DNA of 64,000 bases from Phoronis australis. Its lineage: Eukaryota; Animalia; Phoronida. This document shows positions 23,378 through 37,100 of the stretch, in pieces (within the stretch, counting starts at the first letter, position 1; every line of letters starts with the position of its first letter). The stretch lies in assembly GCA_002633005.1 (NCBI GenBank), contig NMRA01000238.1, positions 372,001 through 436,000 of the forward strand, written 5' to 3'. The translations under genes and the position numbers were made by a program. The notes beneath the pieces were generated by a model that was given only the letters and a program-made list of their open reading frames with translations, had not been told where the DNA came from and ran no database searches.

Positions 23378-25498
23378 AGACATGGCGAGGACGCGACCAT
23401 TTTTCAGTGCATTCATTGGCCTGCGGAAGTGAAGACGACTTAAGATTGAGAAAAAAAAAATGAGTTAGTGCGTGACACCTGCTGTTTGTTGGATGATGTA
23501 CACATTTCTGTTTCTCGTCCATAGAAATAATTTGAAGATCAACCCGACTGAAGACTGACTAGGTCTAAGTAGAGCGCGCTGCCGTTTCGGCCGACAAATG
23601 ATACTACTTGTCTGTATCAGTTTTTCTTGTTTTGGATAGTTTGAAATAAAAAAATGTGGGTAGTCAAAATTTAGAAAAAAAAAAAACAAAACAGAGTAAG
23701 AGTCGTTGGACTTAGGCCTACTCATTGCCATGACTGGGGAAACAGGCTGGCTTAGCCGACTTCACTAAACTATTTTTGGCCGCATCGCTATAGAGGCGAT
23801 CACGAAGCGAGGAAGACGTGCTCAAAACAAATTGTCGCTCATACCTTTGAGTGAACATACATTCGAACTACATACTACGCAAACTCTTTCTTCCCATCTA
23901 GGCCTACTATTAACCTAGGCCTACTATTTTACTCTGGAATGGACTCGGCACAACATGTCATCAGTGTCATCAGCACACTGAAACGGTACTGAGAGACCGA
24001 GTCACATCTCAAACATCGACCTTACTCTGCAAATACTAAAACATAATTTATCCTGGCACTAACTAATTGTTATTTTCACAGTTGTCGACAGTTCAAAATT
24101 TTTCACTAACATGCGCCATTATATGAGGATCCTGTACTTCGATCGTGTGTTGAAACCCGCGGAAAAAGAAAAAAGTAGGGTAACAAAAGAGCAGCTGTTT
24201 CTTGAAACGAGATCTCGTCGTAGATTTGCATTGTGGGTATTGCAACATTTTTCACACAAGGAAGAAGTGAGCAAGAAAATTTCCCGTAAGTTTTTGCGAA
24301 ATACTTGAACAAAAGTGTTGATTGCTTCGTGCTTATCTACATACTGGTTGTAAGAACATTGCTTCGAAGTGTTCCCTAAGTCATTTTTCGAATGATTACG
24401 AGTGTTTTGCTGTGATTCAGGTTATAAAAAGTATTAGTTGTAGGCTACGTCACAAAATCGATTTGATTTGTGATGAAGAATCACTTCTGTCTTGGTTTCG
24501 TTTTGGATTTTTGTGCCAATGAAAGATAAAACATTACTGTTTGCTTTTTGTGCTGTTTTGTGTTTTTCATTTAACTTGTGGTTAAACAGGGACTCTTTTG
24601 TCTTAACACGAAGTTTGACCTTAATCATATTGACTACTGTGTTGTTTCAATCGAGATGTTTAGCTGCGCGTATGCCGAATTCAATATGGCCGATGTCGAC
24701 TATCGCCTCACTCCGGCTCAGGGTCCTGTAATTTTCGAGTCCAAACTGGAACTACAAACAAATGTACTGTTGGAATTTCTGACTGCCTTACTTCAGTGTT
24801 AATGCAAGATAATTGTCTATGATTGAGTGCTTGAGTCTGTTTTTGTGTTAGTCGATGCGTTAGTTCAAACTCAAACTTGTTTGCTTGCTCAGATCATCAA
24901 GCGTAAATTATGAAAAGACATGCAACCACGTAAACCATAAGTTGTGCCTTAAACTATAAGCTCTGTCTCCACACAGCTCACCCCAGAACAATTTGCACCA
25001 GTGCAACTTACCCCACGTCCTACTGCTGAACAAGTGTCAAATATGAATTTTGTTCTTTTCATGATAATCTTCACCTTAAATATTCTGAATTGATGAAGTT
25101 GCTCATACGTGTCACAAATGTTACATGGAAATCTTCTCAGGTTTGGACAAAAGTATTTGCTACAATTGGGGTTATGTATTAATCATGAAAATATTAAAAA
25201 AATCATTTATCTTCTGTAGTATTTGCAATGTAGTAGTTACTGTATTGGTGAACCGCATGTTTGTCAGCCATCTTGAATTTGTTGTGTCATTTTATTAGAA
25301 TTGCTAGACTAGTCAAACATCTCGAAAATGCCTGTGGTCTCACAGACAGCTAGATGTACTACTAACCTATATGTTGATCCAGATCTTAAATGTAAAAGAT
25401 CTTAAACATCTTGCTTTTCAGCTGTCACAGATGTGTTCTGTCTTACCCAGTTTTATTTTGTTTTCCTGTTCTATAGGTCATAATTTATGTTCTACTGA

Positions 25499-25981
<483 letters not shown>

Positions 25982-28900
25982 AAATGGAAACAAGTCTCGC
26001 TTCTTGTGTTTTTATTAGTTCAGGTTTTGTTTTTCCTTTCCTTTTATCTCAGTGTAGTTACCTCATTTTATTCACTTCCTTATGTGGACTACTAAAGGAA
26101 ACCCTTTAAAACTCGCTAATTGTTCCTGAAATTACTAGATAAATATTACTGCTTTGACATTTCTAACTTTGTTCCCTAAGTTGGTAATCTATGTGGATGT
26201 TGAAGAAGTTCAGTTGATGATAATAATAATAAACGCATTCTGTTACAAATGGTCTGAGTGATTTCCTTTTGAATACTATCCTGGTTGATCATTCATTTTT
26301 GGTGTTCCGCCTCTTAAAGATTTTTGAAGTTTAGCCCTGAATTTTGTTTGTACTTATCCCCCGAAGCTTTGGTTGGGTTTTAACTGTCCATGTGCAGTGC
26401 CGTTGATAATTGTGGCACACAGTACTATTTTATCGATTTTTGGATCTCGTGCAGTATACTAGTGACAAAAATTTTGCTTCAGTGAACCGTCATAATTTTT
26501 CGTAGCTCAGTGTTGCCTCATTTTAAAAACAATTGAGATTGTACTGTAATACTTTTTTGTTTTTTCAATAGAAGTTGGTGTTCGGACGTTCACGTGATAA
26601 ATCGTGCACCGAATAGTTACGGATTTCTTCTATGGAAAATCTCAACAATGCTAACCCGATTTACTTTACTCCTACGTTAGCTGTTGGTTGTCTTTTCCTG
26701 AGTTTTACGTTCTGTGTTCAAATCAAAAGCCATTATTATGAGAAGGAATTCCATTGTGGTGCTATTTTTGTTGACTAAGACGTTGCTAGGAAGTTGGCTT
26801 AAACCAGCACATATTCCTTGCAGTGGTGGGACAAAAATGCGGAGTTGTACTTGTGGCGAGTAGTAGTTGCTGAATTCTACTTATGGCATAATATTACATG
26901 AAATAGTCATTTGATATGCGCTTAGTAATAAAATGGCACTATCAAATCCAAGGCTTCAATCGGCTTCGTGAAAAAGTCTTGTAAAAATAATCTGGTTTAC
27001 AAGTATCTGGGCTGCCTGAGGCCGCTTCCATAAAAGGTTCATAACCCCCAAGGAACGCGAGGCTAGTGAAATATCTGGACTTTTTGCTGTGCCGGAAATT
27101 AAAAGGAGGTAGACCAATTACTCTTCACCTCCTCAGAGTCTTGATATAATGACTAGATTTATAACATATAAAATGTCACAATCGATTACATTGGGAGACT
27201 GTCTGAGTGGGGATCCTTATGATAAATTCACGAAAACAAGAGGGGTAGGTGAATCTGTTATTGGGGCTCTGTCCGAGAGAGAAATCTTTAGGATATCTAA
27301 TTTCGTAAAAAACAACCTGAGATCGGGTAGATGGTACGTCAAAGGCTGCCGCAAAAAAAAATAAAACAGCAAGAGTGTAGGGAAATGTTGAGTTTATTAA
27401 TTAACCCAGGTAATTAAAATTATACGGATGAAACAAGATTAAATGTGTGCAGTTTTAGTGTTGGGGGGGGGGGGCTCAGAACCAATTTCAAGTGTCAAAT
27501 TCCGAACACGGCGCAATCGTAACGGAACTATGGCTAAGTATAGGCGTAATAACCACGGCCCATGACTGAATCCTTTGAATTGTTGCCGGTCGTTTCGTAA
27601 TGAAAACCCCTTGTAAACCCGGCTGATAGTGGTTCTCACATCAACTTTAAGTTTGTCTACAGGGATATTTGCACTCAGCTTCCAATTAAAGTAACGGCAC
27701 GCGTTGTCAGTGGTCGAACCGGGTATAGTAACCCGTGGGTCTGACCGTGGGTCACAGCACCTTTATCGTAGTTGGCCGATTTGAGGTAAACCCGGTCGCC
27801 GGTGACTAGCAGCTTTGAGTCTAGTCATATCTAAAACTGTGGTGTAATAACGACTTGTTCTTCTCGAACGTGAAGGTATGCATGACCTCACTTCCAGATA
27901 CCGGTCACTCGAGTGATAAGGTCCGCATACGGTAGTAGGCAAGCTTTGATACTCTCTTCAGTTCCAAATCAGTAAATGACTCAAAAGAGTACGGTCCACA
28001 CCTGGCAGAAGCTTTGACCGGGTGAGGCAGTGGTAGGGGATATCAGATCCGATCTTGTTTAAAAGTCGAAAACGAGCAATTTACGACGCCATACGTACTA
28101 TCATCTAAGATAACAGGTAACAGTATCCACACATTTTCAGGGACAATGATGTCCGCTTTTAAAATTAAAAAATATTTTCCCGGTCAGACCACAAGCCTAC
28201 TCAACACGTGTAGGCTATCGTGACAGTGGGCACTGATAGGCCTACACACGACTGAGGAGTTCGTCATATCGTGAGTAATAGGCTTACAAGGAAGTCACGC
28301 ATTTCTGAAGATATGCGGGAATTTTCACCGCTCGTCCTTCTGAGCGGCTTGTACCAGAATCAAAGAGAGCGCGGCGCCGGAATCAAGTACAATTGTGATG
28401 ACCGCATTCACCCGACGCGAGCAAGACCCAATTAAATGTAATTATCCGACCATAAACTGTAAACATCTCTGCAAATTTTCAAAATGCATTAACCACTAAT
28501 TTTCGTTAGGGCTTATAAACGAAAACCACGGCGATATTCAGCTGAAAAAACAAGTACGGTTTTCGATGAACTAATAATCTAAAAACTACAACCATTGGGT
28601 ACGATAGAAGATAAACTACCGCGCGTATTGATATACTCGGTAAATATGAACGCTGATCAGAGTTAACAATATCACATGGATTCAGTTTTTGATATTCTTT
28701 CAATCTCGTTTAACCAGAGTTTTGTTGTTCCCACTTTTCATTTTTATTACTGAAAAAGAGCTAGAATAGTTATATAGTCAGTGCCATTCCAAATCTGACT
28801 GCACTCAGGCGATCGGTGTACTGAGCCGACCTGGAGTCCCTGACATCTATCGGAAGAGAAAAAAACGAGCACTTGCTGAATAGATTTATGTCCCCTGTAC

Positions 28901-29049
28901 GAAACAAAGCGAAGTTAATCAGAATATTTGATTTAGGCTCACGGTTTTACTTAATTTAGCTTCTAAAAGTGTTAAATGTGCATTAGAAGACCTGTGAATT
29001 TATTTATGTTGACTGTAAACGTGTTCTAATACAAATTTACCTTCAAATA

Positions 29050-29147
29050 GTTCCGGAATTTTACAACTCCAACGAGATTTGATGCATTATGGGAAGTGAA
29101 TAATTTCGCATCATCGAAGTTAAAAGACAAAGCCTTTTATTTTTCTG
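29050..29147 (+). promoter_or_regulatory. Candidate housekeeping promoter and non-coding first exon (probably of eIF4G2)
   Basis: ETS core CCGGAA, a strong Staf/ZNF143 site (minus strand TTCCCATAATGCATC, 29081-29095), then a consensus donor CTG|GTGAGT at 29148. Confidence 0.45.
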
Positions 29148-29662
29148 GTGAGTTTGTGTATTTTTTGTCTGAATTCCTCTTATGTTCGAATCTTTAGCAG
29201 ACTATAAATCAACTTTGACGTTATAGTTTTGTTACATGTTCACTCATATGTGTTCCTGGTCATTAAATGAAAAAAATTGATATTAACTCGACAGGCGTGT
29301 GTAAAAACTACTTGTAGTTGTATGAGAGATCCATTTTGATTTTGAATGAGTTTCGGTACGCATGACATCGTTAGTCATCACGGTCGTACTCGATTACCAT
29401 CATTGAAGGAGTCGACTTCCCGTTTCGTATTAATGAAATTTTTGAAAATTACTAACCGTCAAATCAAGAAGAATGATTTAGATCAATAGAGGTGAAAGTT
29501 GAAATAAAATTTACACTGTTTTTTCTAGTTAGTGGTTAGTGTAACTTGTTAATGTTAGTCTTACCTCTTTGGCTGACTTATGTAGGTCTATATGTATTTA
29601 TTTAATAACTAGGCCTCCGACCCTTGTTACAATCAAATCATCAAATACAATACAGGAAAGTG

Positions 29663-30296
29663 TCAAACACTAGAAGTAACACGAGCTCTCCTTGGCTGGA
29701 ATGCGAAATGAACAAAGTTACATGTTGACCATATAAGGTCCTTTTCCTCCATAGTCATGAGTCTGTTGAATTTTGTTACATTGGGATTGTTGTACCATGC
29801 AGGCAAATATGGACATTCAGTAACAAAATGACGTTCTGACTCGACACATGTCCTAACACAGAGAGGGCATGACCTTTCTGGTCTGATAAGTTTCAAGTGT
29901 CTACCTTTTTCAATCACTACCACACTAGTGCATATGCGCTGAACATCTTAATCTTACCATATCAGATCTAACATTTACATTGTCAATTACATTTAAATAA
30001 TTTTCAAAACATATATTCAACTTAAAAGTTCTGTAAGTTTCCAGCTTAATCGAATTGTTCAAAATTTCTTGCCATTTTTGCTGATCAGTATCTTTGCATC
30101 TTTGTTTGAAAAGTGATATGAAGCTTGTCTTGGAACCTACACCCTGATTGTACCAGGCTTTTCCAAAACCTAACTGAATTAGCAATTTCGTAACATCATT
30201 AACCCAGCACGGCTTTGTCATATTGTACTGCCATTCATAGCAATGATATGTAATTTTTGTCGCTTCGGTTTTTAATAGTTTTAACCAATATTTCAT
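29663..30296 (-). mobile_element. Decayed non-LTR retrotransposon 3' region (RTE-X-like)
   Basis: KYWLKLL..W...V.KLL.QLGFGKAWYNQ..FKQRCKD..KLETYRTFK..FENYL..RLRCSAH..IEKGRH..ERSCPLC..VESERHFVTECP (C-terminal CCHC-like motif). Confidence 0.75.
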
Positions 30297-31879
30297 AATT
30301 GACCTATCACCAGGATTATGACTGATGACTTATCTGACCAATCAGAAGACAGCATTCTTGACACACCTTCGTCTGCGTTTCCAAGCCGCCATTTTACCCG
30401 ACAAACAGTATTTTGCCGTGTAAAACGTATTTTAGACTGTAGCTCAGAACGGTGAAACAATGTTGATATGGCGTGTGTAACTCCCATAGCCATTACGCAG
30501 CTGGAGAAGAATATCACATCATTTTTTGGACATCTCCTAAGCCGAAAAGTGTTATTGACTGTAAACGATGGATAGTCCAAACTGTGTAAACGATGGATAG
30601 TCCAAACTGTGAACGGCTTCGAGCAGCTAAACTTGGCAGTGTTGCTTGATTACTCGAAGTTAAAACACAAATATATTTGTTCCAAGATACGCACTTTTCA
30701 GTTTGGTGGCTATACTCTAGGCCTATCTGATTTTGACTCCGGAGTTTCATTCGCCTGGCCGCCTTTGTCTCGGTACCTACTGCTGGATCAAAGCACTAGT
30801 CTAGCGGCAGTCCCCGGAAATTGCTGTTTTTAAGGACACTTTAGTTCAACCTTATGGACATCGTTTTGTTTCGTAGCAGAGGTAAAATTCGTAAACGCGT
30901 AGGCTGGCGTTCAACTGAACTTTTCTCCAAAATTGAGCGGTTCAATCGACATAGGGAGGGGCACTGGATTCAGTTACTGAACTCAAAGCCTTGTTGGAGC
31001 TGTTGTCACGAAAATATGAACAGTTGCATTACTTTTTTTGAGAACCTCTTGTATACACTTCGCCTGTAGAGTTAGCGAGAGCTTATTTTTAAGTTGTTCA
31101 AACATGATATTTATATTTATGAAGCTTTAAAAAAAGAATTAATGAGTTATTTTTGTAAATAGCCATTTTTGCCTCTACACCATCTTTTATAACCATACCA
31201 CAGCTTAGTGATCATGCTATCTTTAAGATTAACTGAAAGCTACCTTTACGCAGTGAAACTACAAAAAATGCTAAGCTCATCAGAAGGTAGGTCTAACTTA
31301 AATGTCTTACTGTTGCAAAATTTACGGCCACTTAATTCCATGCATTAAATTGGCTTGGACACAACTCGAGACCTACCGGAGCTAAGTGCTTGCCTAGAAC
31401 AAACTGATGAGTGTGTACTCGAGCTATGAACCTGAGTTTTTTAATCAGAATATTTTGTTCGAACGTTAGAAACCTACTTTACTCAGGGAATCCAACCAGC
31501 TGCCTAGTGTGACCTACTTTTCATTTAACGGAATTTAGCAGACTACAGAATAAAAATATCGGTGAATCTTAACTGATTTTGTTCGAAAGATCCTAAAATC
31601 TGTTGCAGATAATTTGACTTTAAGGTACATACCCAGCTTTACAATACATGAAAATATCGCATCAGTGGCCTTGTCATTTTCGCTGGCTCTGAAATACTTT
31701 CCCTCAAACACTTATTTTTTCATCGTCACCTTTACAAATTCCCACATCATGAACATTTGATTCTCTGGTGAAAAGCATCACCTGTTTTTTTTGTCGAAGT
31801 GTTTTGGGATAGTGCAAAAAACACTCATCGATTACACCAGGAACATCGTTTAGCGACAGTGTATTTACCTCTGACATCT

Positions 31880-32350
31880 TGTTTCTAATTCTTGCTCGAA
31901 TCATTTATAAAAAAACTGTGCTAGCTGAGAGCCTTCTTTTAGACCATTCTGACAATCAAAGAACTCCATATAGATCCCATTATTCAATTTCACCGCACGC
32001 TTTTACTTGGGCATACTTTGCTTTGATTATCTTATACATCTTACCTTCTATGCGATTGTTCTTTAATTTAAAATATAATGCGCTTCCATATATACTGTCA
32101 AAAGCGGCTTTAAAATCCCTGAAAGCACAATAGAATCTACCTTTCTCTTGTGACAAATATTTAATTACTAAGGTATATAAAGCAAACGTGATCTACTGTA
32201 CTGTGCCCTTTCCTAAATGCAGCTTGAAACATATTAATTACGTTTTTTCTTTCTGACCATTTTTGAAGTAGCTGGCACAATATTTTTTGCGAATATTTTG
32301 GCTGTGACTTGCATGAGGGAAATTCTTCTAAACTTTTCCAGAATTTTGGC
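31880..32350 (-). mobile_element. Decayed non-LTR RT fragment (N-terminal RT motifs), likely the same element as 29663-30296
   Basis: FRRISLMQVTAKIFAK, FQAAFRKGHSTVDH, RFYCAFRDFKAAFDSI motifs with frameshifts. Confidence 0.75.
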
Positions 32351-34090
32351 ACCGCCCTTAATTATGGATACTATCATGAGTGCCAGGTGGTACATTAAGC
32401 AAACTCTGAGTAAAAAAATAGCATTAGCCTCTAGTCTTAAAGGGTGCATCTTCAGAACTTCTTCGTTAGAAAAAAGAGAGTACGTATGTTCTTGTGTACA
32501 AATATCATCTTCTAAAACACTTGACTTCTCGCAGACATGTTTCGGCTTGTGTTATGGCAGACGTTTCGTCTCAAGAGACAAAAACTGTTTCAAATAACTG
32601 GAAATTAAGTAATAAGATAACTAATATCACTGGTAGGCTAAAATACACAAACGCAGAAACACATTCTGCATCGAACCAACTTCACTCTTTGTTAACTGTT
32701 AGTTATCAATGCTGCCGAGAGGTGTCGCCATGCTGCATAAAGGCCTGGGTGTCGCTCTTTTAAAAGTGGCTGCCTAAATCTGTGTGCAGATGAATCCTCT
32801 GAAAAAAATGAATAAGAAGGGACCAGTCGGTACAAGTAATACATTTTTGGAATCAGAAAATAGTAATATCAAGTATGTAAGTTAATGGAGTCGGATTGTA
32901 CTAAACAATAACCATACAATTGAGTTAAATTCAGTCCAATGCAATTTACTTGTCTGCATATTAAAAATCACCTCAGCCCACTTTTCTTATGGCCAAGACC
33001 ACTAGTTCATTTGGTTAGCTGACCAAAAGAATTTGCATACACTGAAAAGGAGATAATTGTAGTTTTGGCAGTGTATTCATGGATAACTACTTCCGTACAT
33101 TTTGTTTAGCACAGTATGTGTGTATATTTTCTGTATTTTATCAAACAAAAAGTAAGTGGGTTAAGCATTGCCATGATGGACTACACAGGCAATGTACTGT
33201 TTACCAGTTGCCACTGTAAGACTCATACAGGAAGAAACACAAACATGAAAACTGAAACGTAATGTTTAATCCATATCATGGCCATAGTTTGATAAATGAT
33301 GAGAGTGATGGTGCAGTCCCTGATATCATTCACCAGCAAGGCTGAGATGCTCTTACTAGGTGACATTAGATAACTTCACATGTGTTCACTTGAGATTAAA
33401 CTTAAAATCACCCTTGTACACTGCCCATTTTGTCGTGGAAATTAAGTCTCAGCTATCAGAAAGTTCTATGTATCTTACCATGTAATGTAGTTAAGTTGTT
33501 TCTCGGTTTCTCAAAATTTGGGGGAACCTCCTTTGTTTGTTCTGTTTTTGACTTTTAGTCATGTAAAGCTACGTTGTGGAAATTTATTTTATGTTTCCTA
33601 TGTCACCTTTTGTATTCTTACCATTCACTTATTGCTGCTATTCATAACTGATATGTATTTCAAATCCTCCGTTCGTTAGTACAAGTTGCTTTCATTGTAC
33701 ACAATATTCTCAGTTGATTAGTGAATTTTTTTGATCTACATTTTTTAGCTGTTGAGTTATATTCTCTTAATTTGAATGTTTCATTATTGTTTTTTGGATA
33801 TGTGAAATTGTATGTTTTACATAACACTAGTCATTCCGTGGTAGTAGAAGGAATTAATGGTGGACAGTGTCCAACTGCATTAAATCTGAACAACAACGTA
33901 GAACGCTACTCACCGACTGCGCTATATGTTCAAGCTCATTGTTTAAATATCTGTAATGTTACAGATTTCTGTACTCGCTTTTGAATATAGCCTTGGTTAA
34001 ATCCTATGTGCTATGCTGTGACACTGACATTCACAGTTGAAGGAATTGCGAGTCTTGCCAGAATCCATGATGGTCTTTTGTGTACTGCAG

Positions 34091-34190
34091 GTTGTCTTTG
34101 ATCTCCTTCTTCTGGAAGACGTTAATACTTATCTAACATACTGGACAAGTCGGTACCACAGGGTGGTGCTTCTCGACGTGCCGGAGGAAG
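34091..34190 (+). CDS. EIF4G2: eIF4G2 exon containing the 5'UTR end and CUG start (CDS from 34141)
   Basis: ctgcag|GTTG...GGAAG|gtaagt; CTG GAC AAG TCG GTA CCA CAG GGT GGT GCT TCT CGA. Confidence 0.85.
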
Positions 34191-37100
34191 GTAAGTCTGA
34201 CCCACCCCTGGGCTCAGCCAGGATTTAAAAAATTAGGGCATTCAAAAGGGATTTCTCAATTTCTCAGTGCGTCCATGACCAATGACGTGTGACCACGTTT
34301 TCATGACGTCAAGTCAAATTGTTGATCTTGCACAATTTCTATTCGGGACAGTCCAATGAGCTTTCAGAGCTACTGTTAGCAAGTTAAATGAGAAAAGCAC
34401 GCTAACTATACTTGAACTCCATTTATTTGCAGCTTTTTCACATGTTCCATGTGTATATTTGCATATGTGTAAATATTTAAATTAACGCGACTTCTGGAGG
34501 TGGTGTAATTATACATGCGAGTATAACTTTGCACCTGAGTGTATTTGCATTTATATGGCAAAAATCCACACCATACATAAATATACACTCTGGTGAAAAT
34601 ATACTCTCTAGTGTAGACACTGTCAGTTGAATGAGGTTTGTGTGTCCAAATTCTGAACAGGGCATCTGAACTAAGATATTTAAATTTGAGTCATGGTGTC
34701 CATTTGGCAGCAACCCTCTAGATGAAGGTCTGGCCCCCACCTTTTGATTTTCAAAGGAACTTGGGCATTGTGAGAAAACAATTGCTGGCTTACATAATGT
34801 TATCTGATTCAAGGTAACTTTGTGTTTTTTTTTGTAAGCTATGTAAAGTACGTTTTTATTCCTTTTTCTTCTTCAGAGATGATATACCACCCATAGTCCC
34901 CGAGGTTGCTTCCAAAGCAGCATTTTCACGATGGGTTCCTCCAAGCAGCGTAAGACGAGATGCGATTAACGCCACCACAACGCATGATGTTACCTTCCGT
35001 AAAGTTCGCAGGTTGGTTGCCTCGCAGCTTCACTTTCTGATTACAGTATAATTTCAACTCGGCGGCTTTGTGTTGTTACATTTTTGAAGCTGTAGCGTAT
35101 AACTCTTTCAAATACTACATTCGTGAATGTATGTTCTTCTAGTCAAGTAGGTCTAATGTTGTGTCAGCAGTTTATATTGCTGATGAGTGTTTGAAAGTCA
35201 TGATAGAGCTGGTTAACTTGATTATCATTTGTGGTGCTCGATGGCGAGTACTGTTGGTGACTGTCATCACATGACATGTATGTGGTGTCCCTCCACTGAC
35301 ATGTATCTGGTGTCCCTCCACTGACATGTATCTGGGGTCCCTCCACTGACATGTATCTGGTGTCCCTCCACTGACATGTATGTGGTGTCCCTCCACTGAC
35401 ATGTATCTGGTGTCCCTCCACTGACATGTGTCTGGTGTCCCTCCACTGTTATGTGTCTGGTGTCCCTCCACTGTTATTATTGATATAATGCCCTGCAACA
35501 TTTGTTACTGTACATTGTAATTGGACAAAATACCATGTCTCCTTCAAGTCAGCAAATTCTTTTCACAACAAAAATGACTTGTAACAACTATTAAGGGCAG
35601 AATTGTAATTAACTAAATCAGGTTTTGGCCACAGTAAGATTATAAACCAGACTATTTGTGCAGTGATAGTCCAGAATTATAATTGCAGAGTGACTTGGAC
35701 ACCTTACTAATTTTCATGTTAATTCCCCTTCTTCCTAGCTGTCATGACTGGAAATTGCAGGTCATTTTGTCCTAATACTTTGGCTGATACTGTATCTAAA
35801 GCACAGAGTCAAATTGATGTTTTCTTTCTGCTATTTGCAGTATCCTCAACAAGCTAACACCTGAAAAATTTGACAAGCTTTGCCTGGACGTACTCAATGT
35901 AGGAATAGACTCACAACTTGTACTTAAAGGAATCATCCTTTTGGTAAGTTTGCATGTACTGTTTATGTGATGTAAGCATGGATACTGGTCATATTGGAAT
36001 TTCTTTGTACTGAGAATGGTTACTGAAACTTCTTCATATTAATTGAATGAATTGGAGAAGAGTCGTGTTAAAAAATTTTGTTTTCAACTGGGCCATCCCA
36101 GATTACACAGTTCCATCCCCGATTACACAGNNNNNNNNNNNNNNNNNNNNNNNNNNNNNNNNNNNNNNNNNNNNNNNNNNNNNNNNNNNNNNNNNNNNNN
36201 NNNNNNNNNNNNNNNNNNNNNNNNNNNNNNNNNNNNNNNNNNNNNNNNNNNNNNNNNNNNNNNNNNNNNNNNNNNNNNNNNNNNNNNNNNNNNNNNNNNN
36301 NNNNNNNNNNNNNNNNNNNNNNNNNNNNNNNNNNNNNNNNNNNNNNNNNNNNNNNNNNNNNNNNCCAGCCATTTTCAGCTTACAACACACTAAACAATCC
36401 CTAAATCCAACGTAGTTGAGTTCTCTACTAACCTATCTTGCCGCAGAATACTCGCCGATGGAAAGTGGTGTCGACAATTGTTGAAAAACAGCACAAAACA
36501 AAAGTAGAATAGAACAGATTCGCACGGTAAAGTCAACGCAAAACCAAGTGGCGGGAAACGCTTGCCTCCTAAAACGTCACTTCCGGAGTAGCGGACGAGT
36601 AATTTATAAAATTACAAAAAAGCTGTAATTAAGTGGAAAATATGTCTAGGATAACCAATCAACCTTATTTTAGCTCAAAATGACATGGAAAAAGGTTGCC
36701 TTCGCCTTTAAGCTCAGCACACATCTGCCAAATTTTCTAAGTTTCACTTTTAAACACCCACACTCCCAATTTATACAATAAATATTTCATTAAAAGACCC
36801 CATGTCTTTGTAAACCCCTATTTCTCATGCATGATAGTTCCCACAACACACCTTTGAGTGTCACTGTTTCTTCTTGCTTCATGCTAGTGAAAGACTACAC
36901 ATACGCTCTTATGTTTTACTTGACTTTTGCAAGCGAATGTGTCGCGTTTACCTGAATCGACTGTTCTGATAAATGCCCACCCCTGACTTCTAAAAAGATT
37001 TGTTTTTAGACCCCATGCTCATCTTAACGCCCATATTCTAAATGCCCTGAGTGTTAATCTGAATGAGTACAGTATTTTAATGATAATTAACATTTTTAAT

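Noticed and set aside
24340-24905. Heat-shock elements and first exon of the ubiquitin gene
   Set aside because: No properly phased nGAAn array; candidate exon (~24860-24902, donor GTAAAT) too weak to call.
33296-33345. Possible intronic C/D snoRNAs (ATGATGA..CTGA here; also 37430-37490)
   Set aside because: Too short, lacking either a terminal stem or a canonical D box, and no recognisable rRNA guide; an Rfam/snoscan run would settle it.
34037-34228. 63-aa ORF in the track as the eIF4G2 N-terminus
   Set aside because: Starts in the intron and is out of frame with the GGASR/MIF4G frame.
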